A stretch of 16,420 nucleotides of DNA from Candidatus Micrarchaeota archaeon (GTDB lineage: Archaea; B1Sed10-29; JAJSAI01): contig CAZVAJ010000007.1 of NCBI GenBank assembly GCA_964625085.1, positions 1 through 16,420 of the forward strand. The letters run 5' to 3'. Numbering within the stretch: position 1 is the first letter of the stretch; the number at the start of each line of letters is the position of its first letter. The notes under the pieces were generated by a model that was given only the letters and a program-made list of their open reading frames with translations, did not search any database and was not told the origin of the DNA. Made by a program: the position numbers and the translations under genes. Below are positions 1-7,620 of this stretch, piece by piece.

Positions 1-7
1 AAGCCAA

Positions 8-80
8 GGCACTGCCAGTGAAGATACGCTGCCCCAGCAGACCCGCTACAAGAGATGATGACGAGCGCCAAGGCTGAGCC
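8..80 (+). ncRNA. Candidate box C/D 2'-O-methylation guide sRNA
   Basis: All four boxes in order: C-like GTGAAGA (18-24), 13-nt guide, D'-like CAGA (38-41), C' ATGATGA (55-61), 12-nt guide, D CTGA (74-77). Short GGC/GCC flanks (8-10, 78-80) and a T-run at 88-92. Ends are approximate. Confidence 0.65.
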
Positions 81-82
81 AT

Positions 83-95
83 AACCCTTTTTATT
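83..95 (+). promoter_or_regulatory. Putative BRE/TATA element for the secretion ATPase gene
   Basis: AACCCTTTTTATT lies about 25 nt before SD-like AGGTG (118-122), which precedes ATG 129. The same 11-mer AACCCTTTTTA precedes the beta-CASP gene on the minus strand. Confidence 0.45.
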
Positions 96-128
96 TCATC
101 ACCGCCTTTTTTGTCAAAGGTGCACAAG

Positions 129-1304
129 ATGGTAAAAGGGGTAAAGATTGTCAAGAAAAAACCAATAACCGAATACATCATGGAAGAACCGTCACTTAAC
201 ACCCTTTTTGCAGACCCTGATTTGGAGGAGATAATGATAAACGGACCTAAAGAGCCTGTGTTTGTTTATCACACGATCTACGGACAGTGCAGAACAAACT
301 TACAACTATCAAGCTCTGAACTGCTGAAGCTGATACAAGAAATAGCCAAAAAGGCTGGTGAGACGATTTCTCCACAAAGACCATTCATGGACGCCAGACT
401 TCCGGATGGAAGCAGGGCAAACGCCACATTAAAAGAAGCCACTCCTGAAGGCCCCACCTTAACCGTTAGAAAGTTCAGGTCAAAACCGTTCTCAATAGTA
501 GACCTGATAAAAGCAGGAACCCTCACCCCTGAACTGGGCGCGTTCCTGTGGATGGCAGTAGAAGGAGAAGGGAACTATCCTCTTAACACAATAGTAATAG
601 GAGGCACAGGTTCAGGAAAAACAACAACATTGAACACACTAATAACATTCATTCCACCAAAAGAAAGGATAATCTGCATTGAGGATACAATGGAACTGAA
701 CTTTGCAGGCAGAATAAACTTTGTGAGAATGGAATCATACCCCGGAGACCCTGTCCGCCCCCCACTAACCATGAACCAGCTTCTGATAAACGCGCTCAGG
801 ATGAGGCCGGACCGGTTGATAGTAGGGGAAGTAAGAGGAAAGGAAGCAGAAACTTTGTTTAATGCCATGAACGTGGGCCATTCTGCAATGGGAACACTAC
901 ATGCTAACTCGCCTGCAGAATTCAAAACAAGACTAACCAATCCCCCGATGAATGTTCCAAAAGACATGCTTCCGTTAATAGACCTGGTGATAACCCAAGC
1001 AAGGATAAGAACAGAGACCGGGCTGAAAAGGAGAATAATCTCAGTGACAGAAGTAACTCCCGGAGAGAGAACAATAAGCTTTAACAAGGTCTACGAGTAT
1101 GACCCTAAAACAGATGTTACTGTAAAAACAGACGTGCCCAGCATAAAAGAACAAGAGCTAGCAAAACTGTCCGGGCTTGACATAACAGAAATCAAGGAGA
1201 AGACAAGAGAGAAACAGGAGATCATAGAACTCCTGATGAAGAAAGAGAAGATGAGCTTTGAGAAAGTTCAAGAGGTCATGTACGAGTACTACTATGAAGA
1301 GTAA
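129..1304 (+). CDS. Type II/IV secretion or type IV pilus ATPase (VirB11/CpaF/TadA/FlaI family), ~391 aa
   Basis: EEIMINGP, DARLPDGSRAN, Walker A GGTGSGKT, Asp box IEDTMEL, LRMRPDRLIVGEVRG (Walker B), His box GHSAMGTLH. Start placed at ATG 129 (SD AGGTG) rather than TTG 111. Confidence 0.93.
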   Translation: MVKGVKIVKKKPITEYIMEEPSLNTLFADPDLEEIMINGPKEPVFVYHTIYGQCRTNLQLSSSELLKLIQEIAKKAGETISPQRPFMDARLPDGSRANATLKEATPEGPTLTVRKFRSKPFSIVDLIKAGTLTPELGAFLWMAVEGEGNYPLNTIVIGGTGSGKTTTLNTLITFIPPKERIICIEDTMELNFAGRINFVRMESYPGDPVRPPLTMNQLLINALRMRPDRLIVGEVRGKEAETLFNAMNVGHSAMGTLHANSPAEFKTRLTNPPMNVPKDMLPLIDLVITQARIRTETGLKRRIISVTEVTPGERTISFNKVYEYDPKTDVTVKTDVPSIKEQELAKLSGLDITEIKEKTREKQEIIELLMKKEKMSFEKVQEVMYEYYYEE

Positions 1305-1309
1305 ATTCC

Positions 1310-1801
1310 TTATTTTCCGAATGCAAGTGCCTGAAGTTCCTCTGGACTTTTTCCAAAGTACTCCTCAAACTTGCGCGTGGTGCTGAGCAATTTAGTGTTC
1401 CCTGCTTTCTCGGCCTTGACCACTCCCCTGTTAACAAGTTCTTTCACGTAATCATATGCTTTATTTCCAATCACCTTGACTACTTCAGACTGTTTAACAG
1501 GCTGCTTAAGCGCGATTAATGCAAGCGTGCGTAGCACTGCTTTTCCCATTTCCGGAGAAACAGCAAGATGAGAAACTTTGTCCGCAAGCTCTGACCTGAC
1601 CCTCATGGTATACTTTTCTCCGACCCTTAAAATTTCAAGAGAAGTGTTCCTTGAGTTAAACTCAGACATTGCTTCCTCAACAACTTTCAAAAGAACAGAG
1701 TTAGAATCTATTCCCACCACTCTTCCTATGGCCTTTAGTGACACGGGCTTTGGTGACATAAACAACGCTGCTTCTATTACTCTTTTCTCTTGCTCGTACA
1801 T
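1310..1801 (-). CDS. scpB: SMC-Scp complex subunit ScpB (Kite)
   Basis: VIEAALF...PVS, LRTLALIALKQPV, TTRKFEEYFG are ScpB signatures. SD GAGGAG; directly downstream of scpA. Confidence 0.93.
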   Translation of the reverse strand: MYEQEKRVIEAALFMSPKPVSLKAIGRVVGIDSNSVLLKVVEEAMSEFNSRNTSLEILRVGEKYTMRVRSELADKVSHLAVSPEMGKAVLRTLALIALKQPVKQSEVVKVIGNKAYDYVKELVNRGVVKAEKAGNTKLLSTTRKFEEYFGKSPEELQALAFGK

Positions 1802-1816
1802 GACGGTCTCCTCTTA

Positions 1817-2506
1817 TCAAGTGTCCACAGGCACTATGAATATTTCACCGAATACTTTTTCTTGCCAGATTTTTATTTTCTGCTGGTTCGCAAGGTATAG
1901 TAAAGGCATTAGAGTGCTTATGACGCCTGTTCTGGTCTTTTCAGGAAGAATATTCGTGAATAATGTCATGTTCTTTGAATCAAGCGTGCTTAGTACTTTT
2001 GAGTAGACCTCCTCAACCTTTTGTTTAAACTCTTTAGATTCAGGATTAGACAACTCCAGCAAGTACTGGGGAATAACCGGCGGTTCCTTTCTTCTCACAA
2101 CAGCTTTTTTCCGTTCCTTTTTTATAACATCCTCAACTGCAGTCAGCAGTTCATCAAGGGTTATCTTCCTGGTTGTTTCTCTGGACAAAAGCACAAGGTC
2201 CACGTTATCCACCTGTTCTGAAACAAAGGGTGTAAAAAAATCAGGAGGGATGAACAGTTCCCGCTCTCTCTCCCTAAGCGTCCAAGAATCGCTTTTCATC
2301 CTTAGAAGAACACTGGCCGCAAGAATCGCATTAGCAGGAATCCACAGATTAAGTTCCTTCATCTGTTTTATCTTGTTCACAAAAGAAGTAACAAGTTTGA
2401 CTATGTCCACGTCCCAGGGGTCAATATTCTGCTCCTTCACAGTAGATAGCAAAATGTCTTTCCAGTCCGGCCTCTTGGCTATCTCTGCCAGGTCTATCTC
2501 GTGCAC
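1817..2506 (-). CDS. scpA: Segregation/condensation protein ScpA (kleisin)
   Basis: IDPWDVDI, AILAASVLLRMKS, RKITLDELL, C-terminal LLYLANQQKIKIWQEKVFGEI. GTG start with GGGTG SD. Confidence 0.93.
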   Translation of the reverse strand: MHEIDLAEIAKRPDWKDILLSTVKEQNIDPWDVDIVKLVTSFVNKIKQMKELNLWIPANAILAASVLLRMKSDSWTLRERERELFIPPDFFTPFVSEQVDNVDLVLLSRETTRKITLDELLTAVEDVIKKERKKAVVRRKEPPVIPQYLLELSNPESKEFKQKVEEVYSKVLSTLDSKNMTLFTNILPEKTRTGVISTLMPLLYLANQQKIKIWQEKVFGEIFIVPVDT

Positions 2507-2536
2507 CTCAACACCCGAAAAGTGTAAGGATATGGA

Positions 2537-2550
2537 AATATTTAAATATT
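2537..2550. promoter_or_regulatory. Palindromic TATA element between divergent scpA and the LysW-like gene
   Basis: Perfect 14-bp palindrome AATATTTAAATATT gives TTTAAATA on both strands, 23 nt before ATG 2572 and about 32 nt before GTG 2506. Confidence 0.6.
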
Positions 2551-2571
2551 AGGTAGTGCCCTAATCTGTGA

Positions 2572-2784
2572 ATGGTTTCTTCGAAAGAGACTCTGAAGTG
2601 CCCAAAGTGTGGGGCAGAAGTGAATATTAGAAACCCAAGCGAAGGCAAGATAGTCACTTGTAAAAAATGCGGTACTCTGTGCGAGGTAATAAAAAAGCGC
2701 AGAAAGTTTGACCTGATTCCCATAGAAAGTGAAGAAGGGGGCCAGGACATCTCCGACATGGAGTTTGAAATAAACTTAGACTAA
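2572..2784 (+). CDS. LysW-like zinc-ribbon small protein with acidic tail, 70 aa
   Basis: CPKCG-x-GKIVTCKKCGTLCEV resembles the LysW/ArgW pattern CPxCG...GEIVxCxxCGxxLEV. The acidic C-terminus lacks EDWGE. Confidence 0.7.
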   Translation: MVSSKETLKCPKCGAEVNIRNPSEGKIVTCKKCGTLCEVIKKRRKFDLIPIESEEGGQDISDMEFEINLD

Positions 2785-3624
2785 AGCACCTAGAAAGAAC
2801 CCGAACAACGCAAGAGCCATACCTAACAGCGTGGCAGTTCTTACTCTTTTCAAATTCTTTGAATGATAAGCATCAGGCAAAACTAGGCCCACAACATATG
2901 CTGCAGAAATCGCAAACGTGATAAACACAGGGTCAAGATAATATGGGCCTGACTGGATAAAAGGGATGAACAAGACAATAATGCTGAGGAGCATGAAAAA
3001 TGTGGCATGCCATGCAGCATTCTTTTTTCCTATCAATATAGGAAGGGTCCTTCTTCCTGTCCTCACATCCCCTTTCATGTCCTGAATTGATTTCAGGATC
3101 TCTCTGCCAAAACCCAGCAGAAATGCGGACAGGGCAAGAACATAAGCAGGACCTGTTACTGTCTCTACTGAAGCGATAGACCCGAATGCAAAGGGAATAG
3201 CCATGCTAAACGAGATTGCGAGGTTGCCCAAGATAGCTATCTTTTTCAAAAACCAAGAATAGTAAAAGGATAGTACTGCAAAGAAAAAGGCTACAAGAAA
3301 GCATGAGAAGTTTATCATCGCGGCTGTGATGACTCCTGCTGGAAAAAAGAACAACGCAATGGCAAGCGCGTGCTTTTCTTGAACCTCCTGAGTAACAAGC
3401 GGACGATCAGTCCGCATGTTTATCTTATCTGCCTCCAGGTCAAAGTAGTCGTTTATCGCAAAGGACCCTAACTCTATAAAGAACGGGCACAGGAAGACGA
3501 GAGAAGCAAGCTCAAAGGGGATTAGTCCGCCAGCACCAGTGACCGCGCCAACTATTGCGCCAAAACCAAGAAGCAGACCATGCTCTAAACGGGTAAGCTT
3601 CCAGAATGCTTTCACCCTCTTCAA
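2776..3624 (-). CDS. UbiA-family prenyltransferase, probable digeranylgeranylglyceryl phosphate (DGGGP) synthase
   Basis: NDYFDLEADKIN...RPL and REILKSIQDMKGD...RTLP motifs, with multiple TM segments. TTG start with GGTGA SD. Confidence 0.87.
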   Translation of the reverse strand: MKRVKAFWKLTRLEHGLLLGFGAIVGAVTGAGGLIPFELASLVFLCPFFIELGSFAINDYFDLEADKINMRTDRPLVTQEVQEKHALAIALFFFPAGVITAAMINFSCFLVAFFFAVLSFYYSWFLKKIAILGNLAISFSMAIPFAFGSIASVETVTGPAYVLALSAFLLGFGREILKSIQDMKGDVRTGRRTLPILIGKKNAAWHATFFMLLSIIVLFIPFIQSGPYYLDPVFITFAISAAYVVGLVLPDAYHSKNLKRVRTATLLGMALALFGFFLGALV

Positions 3625-3630
3625 CCTGAA

Positions 3631-4338
3631 TCACCTTCCAAGACTTTCCCACAACACTTCCTCTTTGGGATTCACCACAATCCCTTTGTTAGTTATTTTA
3701 TAGGGGTGAAGTTTTTTATCATGGTCTGTGCCACGCATTTTCCTGACAAAGATTACTCTCTGAGGAGGCTTAAAATACAGGGCTATAACCCCGTCTGTTA
3801 TAAACTCTTCAACACCAAAGCGGGAAAACTGGTCTCTTTTTCCAAGAGTCTCAGAGGTCAAGAGAGTGGTGCACTTCAAACTCTTCAGTTCATCAACAAG
3901 CCTGAAAAGGGAATACCTAAGCTGGGACTCGCTGGACATCCACATCCCAAAAGCCGTCGTGGAATCTATAACCAGCCTTTTCGCATTTACTTCCTCAACA
4001 AGCTCTTTTATTTTTATGATCTCTTCATCAAACTTTCTGGCAAACTCAGCTGGTTTTATCATCCCAACCCGGTACAATCTTATCAGGCCTTCATTCTCGT
4101 ACTTCGCCAAGTCCCATTTGAAATTTTTAACATTCCACCACAGGTTGGTCACTCCTTCCTCAAGAGTAATATAAATTCCAGGCTCGTTGTATTCTGCTGC
4201 ACCGTGATAGATGTACTGCGTTGCGAATATCGTCTTTCCAGTACCTGCTCCGCCGGCCACCAGAATGCTTGAGCCAGGTAAAAACCCTCCTTTTACTAAA
4301 GGGTCAAGTCCAGGAATGCCTGTTGCAACTCGGTCCAT
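3631..4338 (-). CDS. KaiC/RAD55 (RecA-superfamily) single-domain ATPase, ~235 aa
   Basis: MDRVATGIPGLD, Walker A GGAGTGKT, ITLEE, RLVIDS, GVEEFITDG, VRKMRGT. Start moved to ATG 4338 because the track's 18-aa extension runs through the promoter. Confidence 0.92.
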   Translation of the reverse strand: MDRVATGIPGLDPLVKGGFLPGSSILVAGGAGTGKTIFATQYIYHGAAEYNEPGIYITLEEGVTNLWWNVKNFKWDLAKYENEGLIRLYRVGMIKPAEFARKFDEEIIKIKELVEEVNAKRLVIDSTTAFGMWMSSESQLRYSLFRLVDELKSLKCTTLLTSETLGKRDQFSRFGVEEFITDGVIALYFKPPQRVIFVRKMRGTDHDKKLHPYKITNKGIVVNPKEEVLWESLGR

Positions 4339-4360
4339 AATAATGGTAAACCCTGCTAAC

Positions 4361-4368
4361 TTTATAAA
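4361..4368. promoter_or_regulatory. Palindromic bidirectional TATA box shared by the KaiC-like gene and rbcL
   Basis: TTTATAAA is self-complementary and lies exactly 22 nt from both start codons (4338 and 4391), a spacing consistent with leaderless archaeal mRNAs. Confidence 0.7.
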
Positions 4369-4390
4369 CTTTAACTCCTTTTTCCTGCTC

Positions 4391-5608
4391 ATGAACGTGT
4401 ATGAAGAATTTGTTGACCTATCATATGAACCGTCTGCAAAGGATCTTGTATGCGTGTTTCAAGTCTCACCATGTAACCGTAAATCAGCAGGGTCTATTGC
4501 AGCAGAATCAAGCATAGGCACCTGGACTGAACTAACGACCCTTTCTGAAAGAATGAAAGAAAAACTAATGGCAAGGGTCTTCAAGATAGGGAAAGACACT
4601 GTAAGCATTGCATACCACCCTGAACTATTCGAGAAAAACAACATGCCGCAAATACTGAGCTCAGTAGCAGGAAATGTATTTGGCATGAAGCACCTGAAAA
4701 AACTGCGTCTTATAGACTTGGTTTTTCCCAGGGGAATAGCCCGATCATTTAAGGGGCCTGCATTTGGAATAGACGGGATAAGGAAGATAACAAAAGTAAA
4801 AGACAGACCTCTTGTGGGCACGATAGTAAAACCAAAGATAGGCCTTAGTCCTGCAGAACATGCTCGTGTAGCATATGAAGCATGGGTTGGCGGTTGCGAC
4901 ATAGTGAAAGATGATGAGAACCTAAGCAATCAAAGTTTTAACAGTTTCCAAAAAAGAGTTGAGCTTACACTAAAAGCAAAAAGAAAAGCAGAGAAAGAAA
5001 CAGGGGAAGTAAAAATATACATGCCTAATGTGACCGCTGAAACTAACGAGATGCTGCGCAGGGCGCGGGAAGTAAAGAGAAGGGCCGGAGAGTATGTGAT
5101 GGTAGACGTTCTGACGTCTGGTTTTTCTGCCGTGCAGACCCTCAGAGATGCCTGCACAGGCCGGGTCCTGCATGCTCACAGGGCAATGCACGCTGCAATA
5201 ACCAGAAGCAATGAGTTTGGAGTGGACATGCATGTTCTTGCAAGAATATTCAGAACAATCGGAGTGGACCAGTTGCATGTTGGAACAGGCGTTGGAAAAA
5301 TGGCTGAAGACAAAAAGGCAGTAATTAAGAACATCAAAGCACTGACTGACAGTTATCACGGGATAAAACAGGTCATGCCCGTTGCCTCCGGCGGATTACA
5401 TCCTGGGATGGTCCCCGATATTATAAAACTTTTCGGAAAAAACGTGGTAATTCAAGCGGGAGGAGGAATCCATGGTCATCCTAAAGGAACCCTGGCAGGC
5501 GCAAAAGCCATGCGCGCGGCTGTGGATGCAGTATCAGAAGGACACGTGCTTCCCTATGCTGCTGCAAGAACCCCTGAACTTAAAGAGGCACTAGCAAAAT
5601 GGCAGTAA
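4391..5608 (+). CDS. rbcL: Ribulose-1,5-bisphosphate carboxylase, archaeal form III, ~405 aa
   Basis: AESSIGTWT, GNVFGM, KPKIGL, catalytic DIVKDDENL, HAHRAMH, HVGTGVGKM, PVASGG, QAGGGIHGHP. Start at ATG 4391. Confidence 0.96.
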   Translation: MNVYEEFVDLSYEPSAKDLVCVFQVSPCNRKSAGSIAAESSIGTWTELTTLSERMKEKLMARVFKIGKDTVSIAYHPELFEKNNMPQILSSVAGNVFGMKHLKKLRLIDLVFPRGIARSFKGPAFGIDGIRKITKVKDRPLVGTIVKPKIGLSPAEHARVAYEAWVGGCDIVKDDENLSNQSFNSFQKRVELTLKAKRKAEKETGEVKIYMPNVTAETNEMLRRAREVKRRAGEYVMVDVLTSGFSAVQTLRDACTGRVLHAHRAMHAAITRSNEFGVDMHVLARIFRTIGVDQLHVGTGVGKMAEDKKAVIKNIKALTDSYHGIKQVMPVASGGLHPGMVPDIIKLFGKNVVIQAGGGIHGHPKGTLAGAKAMRAAVDAVSEGHVLPYAAARTPELKEALAKWQ

Positions 5609-5669
5609 TAAAACAGAGGAATTAAATACCTTGAAAACCAGATAATACACTATTGGGGAGGTGTGCTAG

Positions 5670-5825
5670 ATGGAGTTCAGGAAAATTTGTCCCATTTGCT
5701 TCTCAGAAAGGGGTTATTCAGTAGAACTCGAAGAAAGGGACAACCTGCTGCTTTGCCCATATGACAAAAGCCATGTTTTCAGACAGGATGAGAAAGGCTC
5801 ACTTGTCAAAACAAGGATATTCTGA
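5670..5825 (+). CDS. Small Cys3His zinc-ribbon protein (RlmA N-terminal/Trm112-like pattern), 51 aa; absent from the ORF track
   Basis: MEFRKICPICFSERGYSVELEERDNLLLCPYDKSHVFRQDEKGSLVKTRIF. Strong SD GGAGGTG (5657-5663) and TATA-like TTAAATA near 5622. Confidence 0.8.
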   Translation: MEFRKICPICFSERGYSVELEERDNLLLCPYDKSHVFRQDEKGSLVKTRIF

Positions 5826-5901
5826 AAAGAACAGGATACTCGACAACCTTAAGAGGGGAGTCCTTTAATTTTTAAAATAGTCCTGAGAAAATACTTTTAT
5901 C

Positions 5902-7620
5902 ATGCGGGTTTTTTTCAGGCATAGAAAAGCAAGAAAAGGTCAAACAAGAATAATGCAAGAGGTAGTGAACGCAATCCAGAACAAGGAACATCTTCTGCTT
6001 CAAGCACATACTGGTTATGGTAAAACAGATGCAGTTCTTTCTGCAGCCCTGTCAGCGGGCATAGAAAACAATATGAAAGTAGTATTCTTGACCCCCAAGA
6101 AAAGCCAGCACGCGCTAAGTATTGAGATACTACGCCAGTTAAACGAACAGCATTCCCTTGGGATAAAAGCAGTGGACTTGCTGGGAAAAAGAGAGTACTG
6201 TATTTCAAGAGCTAGAGAGGTAAGCGAGTTTTATGAGTACTGCAGCATGCTAAAAAAGAAAGGGCTTTGCCCCTATTACACTTCTTTTAAGAATGACGGT
6301 GTGCAGTTATCCGGCACTTGTGGAAAAGAAGAGATTATAGCAGCATGCAAAACCAAAAAAATCCCTCCCTGTCCGTACGAAGTTGCAATGGATGCTGCGA
6401 AGGACGCAGAAGTTGTAGTATGCGACTACAACTATCTATTTTCAGGGATAAGGAAGCAGTTCCTCTCAAGAACAGGCCTATCCTTGTCTGACACTATCAT
6501 AGTGGTAGATGAAGCACATAATCTCCCTGAAAGGATAAGGGAAAACATGAGCGCAACACTAACCAGCAGGATGCTTAAAAAAGCGATAAAAGAGCACAAG
6601 GCCCTTGGCGAAGACCGTGTTGAATTGAGCAGGCTTGAACGCATGATCCCATCATACTCTGAAGGTAATGAAACAATCATGGAAAAAGCAGAGGTGCCTT
6701 TGCCTGATCTTGATTCTCTGCTGGAAACAGGCCTTGAATGGCTTGAAAGCCATGAAAGTAGCAGCACACTGCAAGTTCACCGTTTTTTCCGTTTGTGGGA
6801 ACAGGAAGGACCTGAATTCTTCAGGATTCTTAGGAAAAAAGACAACGGATTCTCCCTTTCTATCAGATGCCTCGATCCCGGGAACATGGCTGGACCAATT
6901 GTATCAAAAGCAGGCAGCATGATTTTCATGAGCGCCACACTCGCCCCTTTCGACATGTACGCGCATTTGATGCGTTTGCAAAACTACAAAAAGAAAGTCA
7001 TGGAACCAATATTCCCTGCAGAGAACAGGGTGTGCATAGTCTCATCTTCTGCAACAAGCAGATGGAAAGAAAGGGATGAAAAGGGATACAGGATAATGGC
7101 TGAAAGAATTGACGCAATCGCGTCAGCCACTCCTGGAAACACTGCTGTGTTTTTCCCCAGCTTTGAGTTCTTAGAACAGATAAGCAGGAGAACCAGTCAG
7201 GAAATTGTGAGACAAAATCGAACGCCCCTTCCTGATCTGTTGACGCGCATGGCACAAGGTGATGCGGTATTGTACGCTGTTTCAGGAGGAAGCCTTGCAG
7301 AAGGAGTCAATCTTCCGGACATAAAAACAGTAGTTATCGCAGGCCTGCCCTTACCATCGCCAAGCATGGAACAACTTGCATTACAGGAGTACTACGAAAG
7401 AATGTTTGGGAAAGGATTTGAGTACGCGTTCCTTTATCCCGCTGTAAAAAAAGCGCTGCAAGCAGCTGGAAGATGCATACGAAAACCATCTCAGAGAGGA
7501 GCAGTGGTTTTCCTTGACCACAGATTCAGCAGGTACCTCAACATGATAAAAAGGTACTATCCTGACGCTGAACTGTGCGACACTCCTGAAAAAAGAGTAA
7601 AAGAATTCTGGTCAAGATAA
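5902..7620 (+). CDS. xpd: XPD/Rad3/DinG-family 4Fe-4S DNA helicase
   Basis: Q motif RKGQ, AHTGYGKT, four FeS-type Cys (YC..YC..LCPYY..PCPYE), DEAH, SATL, FFPSF, QAAGRCIR. TTTTAAAA lies about 24 nt upstream. Confidence 0.92.
   Translation: MRVFFRHRKARKGQTRIMQEVVNAIQNKEHLLLQAHTGYGKTDAVLSAALSAGIENNMKVVFLTPKKSQHALSIEILRQLNEQHSLGIKAVDLLGKREYCISRAREVSEFYEYCSMLKKKGLCPYYTSFKNDGVQLSGTCGKEEIIAACKTKKIPPCPYEVAMDAAKDAEVVVCDYNYLFSGIRKQFLSRTGLSLSDTIIVVDEAHNLPERIRENMSATLTSRMLKKAIKEHKALGEDRVELSRLERMIPSYSEGNETIMEKAEVPLPDLDSLLETGLEWLESHESSSTLQVHRFFRLWEQEGPEFFRILRKKDNGFSLSIRCLDPGNMAGPIVSKAGSMIFMSATLAPFDMYAHLMRLQNYKKKVMEPIFPAENRVCIVSSSATSRWKERDEKGYRIMAERIDAIASATPGNTAVFFPSFEFLEQISRRTSQEIVRQNRTPLPDLLTRMAQGDAVLYAVSGGSLAEGVNLPDIKTVVIAGLPLPSPSMEQLALQEYYERMFGKGFEYAFLYPAVKKALQAAGRCIRKPSQRGAVVFLDHRFSRYLNMIKRYYPDAELCDTPEKRVKEFWSR

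Noticed and set aside
1..82. Minus-strand ORF from ATG 82 (MAQPWRSSSSLVAGLLGQ...) or plus-strand gene tails ending at 58 or 77
   Set aside because: No recognisable protein and no well-placed SD or TATA. The four-box C/D pattern explains the region better, but a coding role cannot be fully excluded at the window edge.
3631..4338. Circadian clock KaiC
   Set aside because: Single domain, no kaiA or kaiB nearby, and EE in place of the S/T phosphosites. It is a generic archaeal KaiC-like ATPase.
4211..4392. N-terminal extensions of RuBisCO (from 4211) and the KaiC-like protein (from 4392) in the ORF track
   Set aside because: They would overlap head-to-head and run through the TATA box. Family similarity begins at 4391 and 4338.
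5834..5873. Hairpin GGatACTC-gacaa-CCT-taag-AGG-g-GAGTCC after a TGA stop as an archaeal SECIS element
   Set aside because: The internal loop is GACAA/G rather than GAA/A, and TGA readthrough adds only a short unremarkable tail. At most it is a terminator-like hairpin before a T-run.
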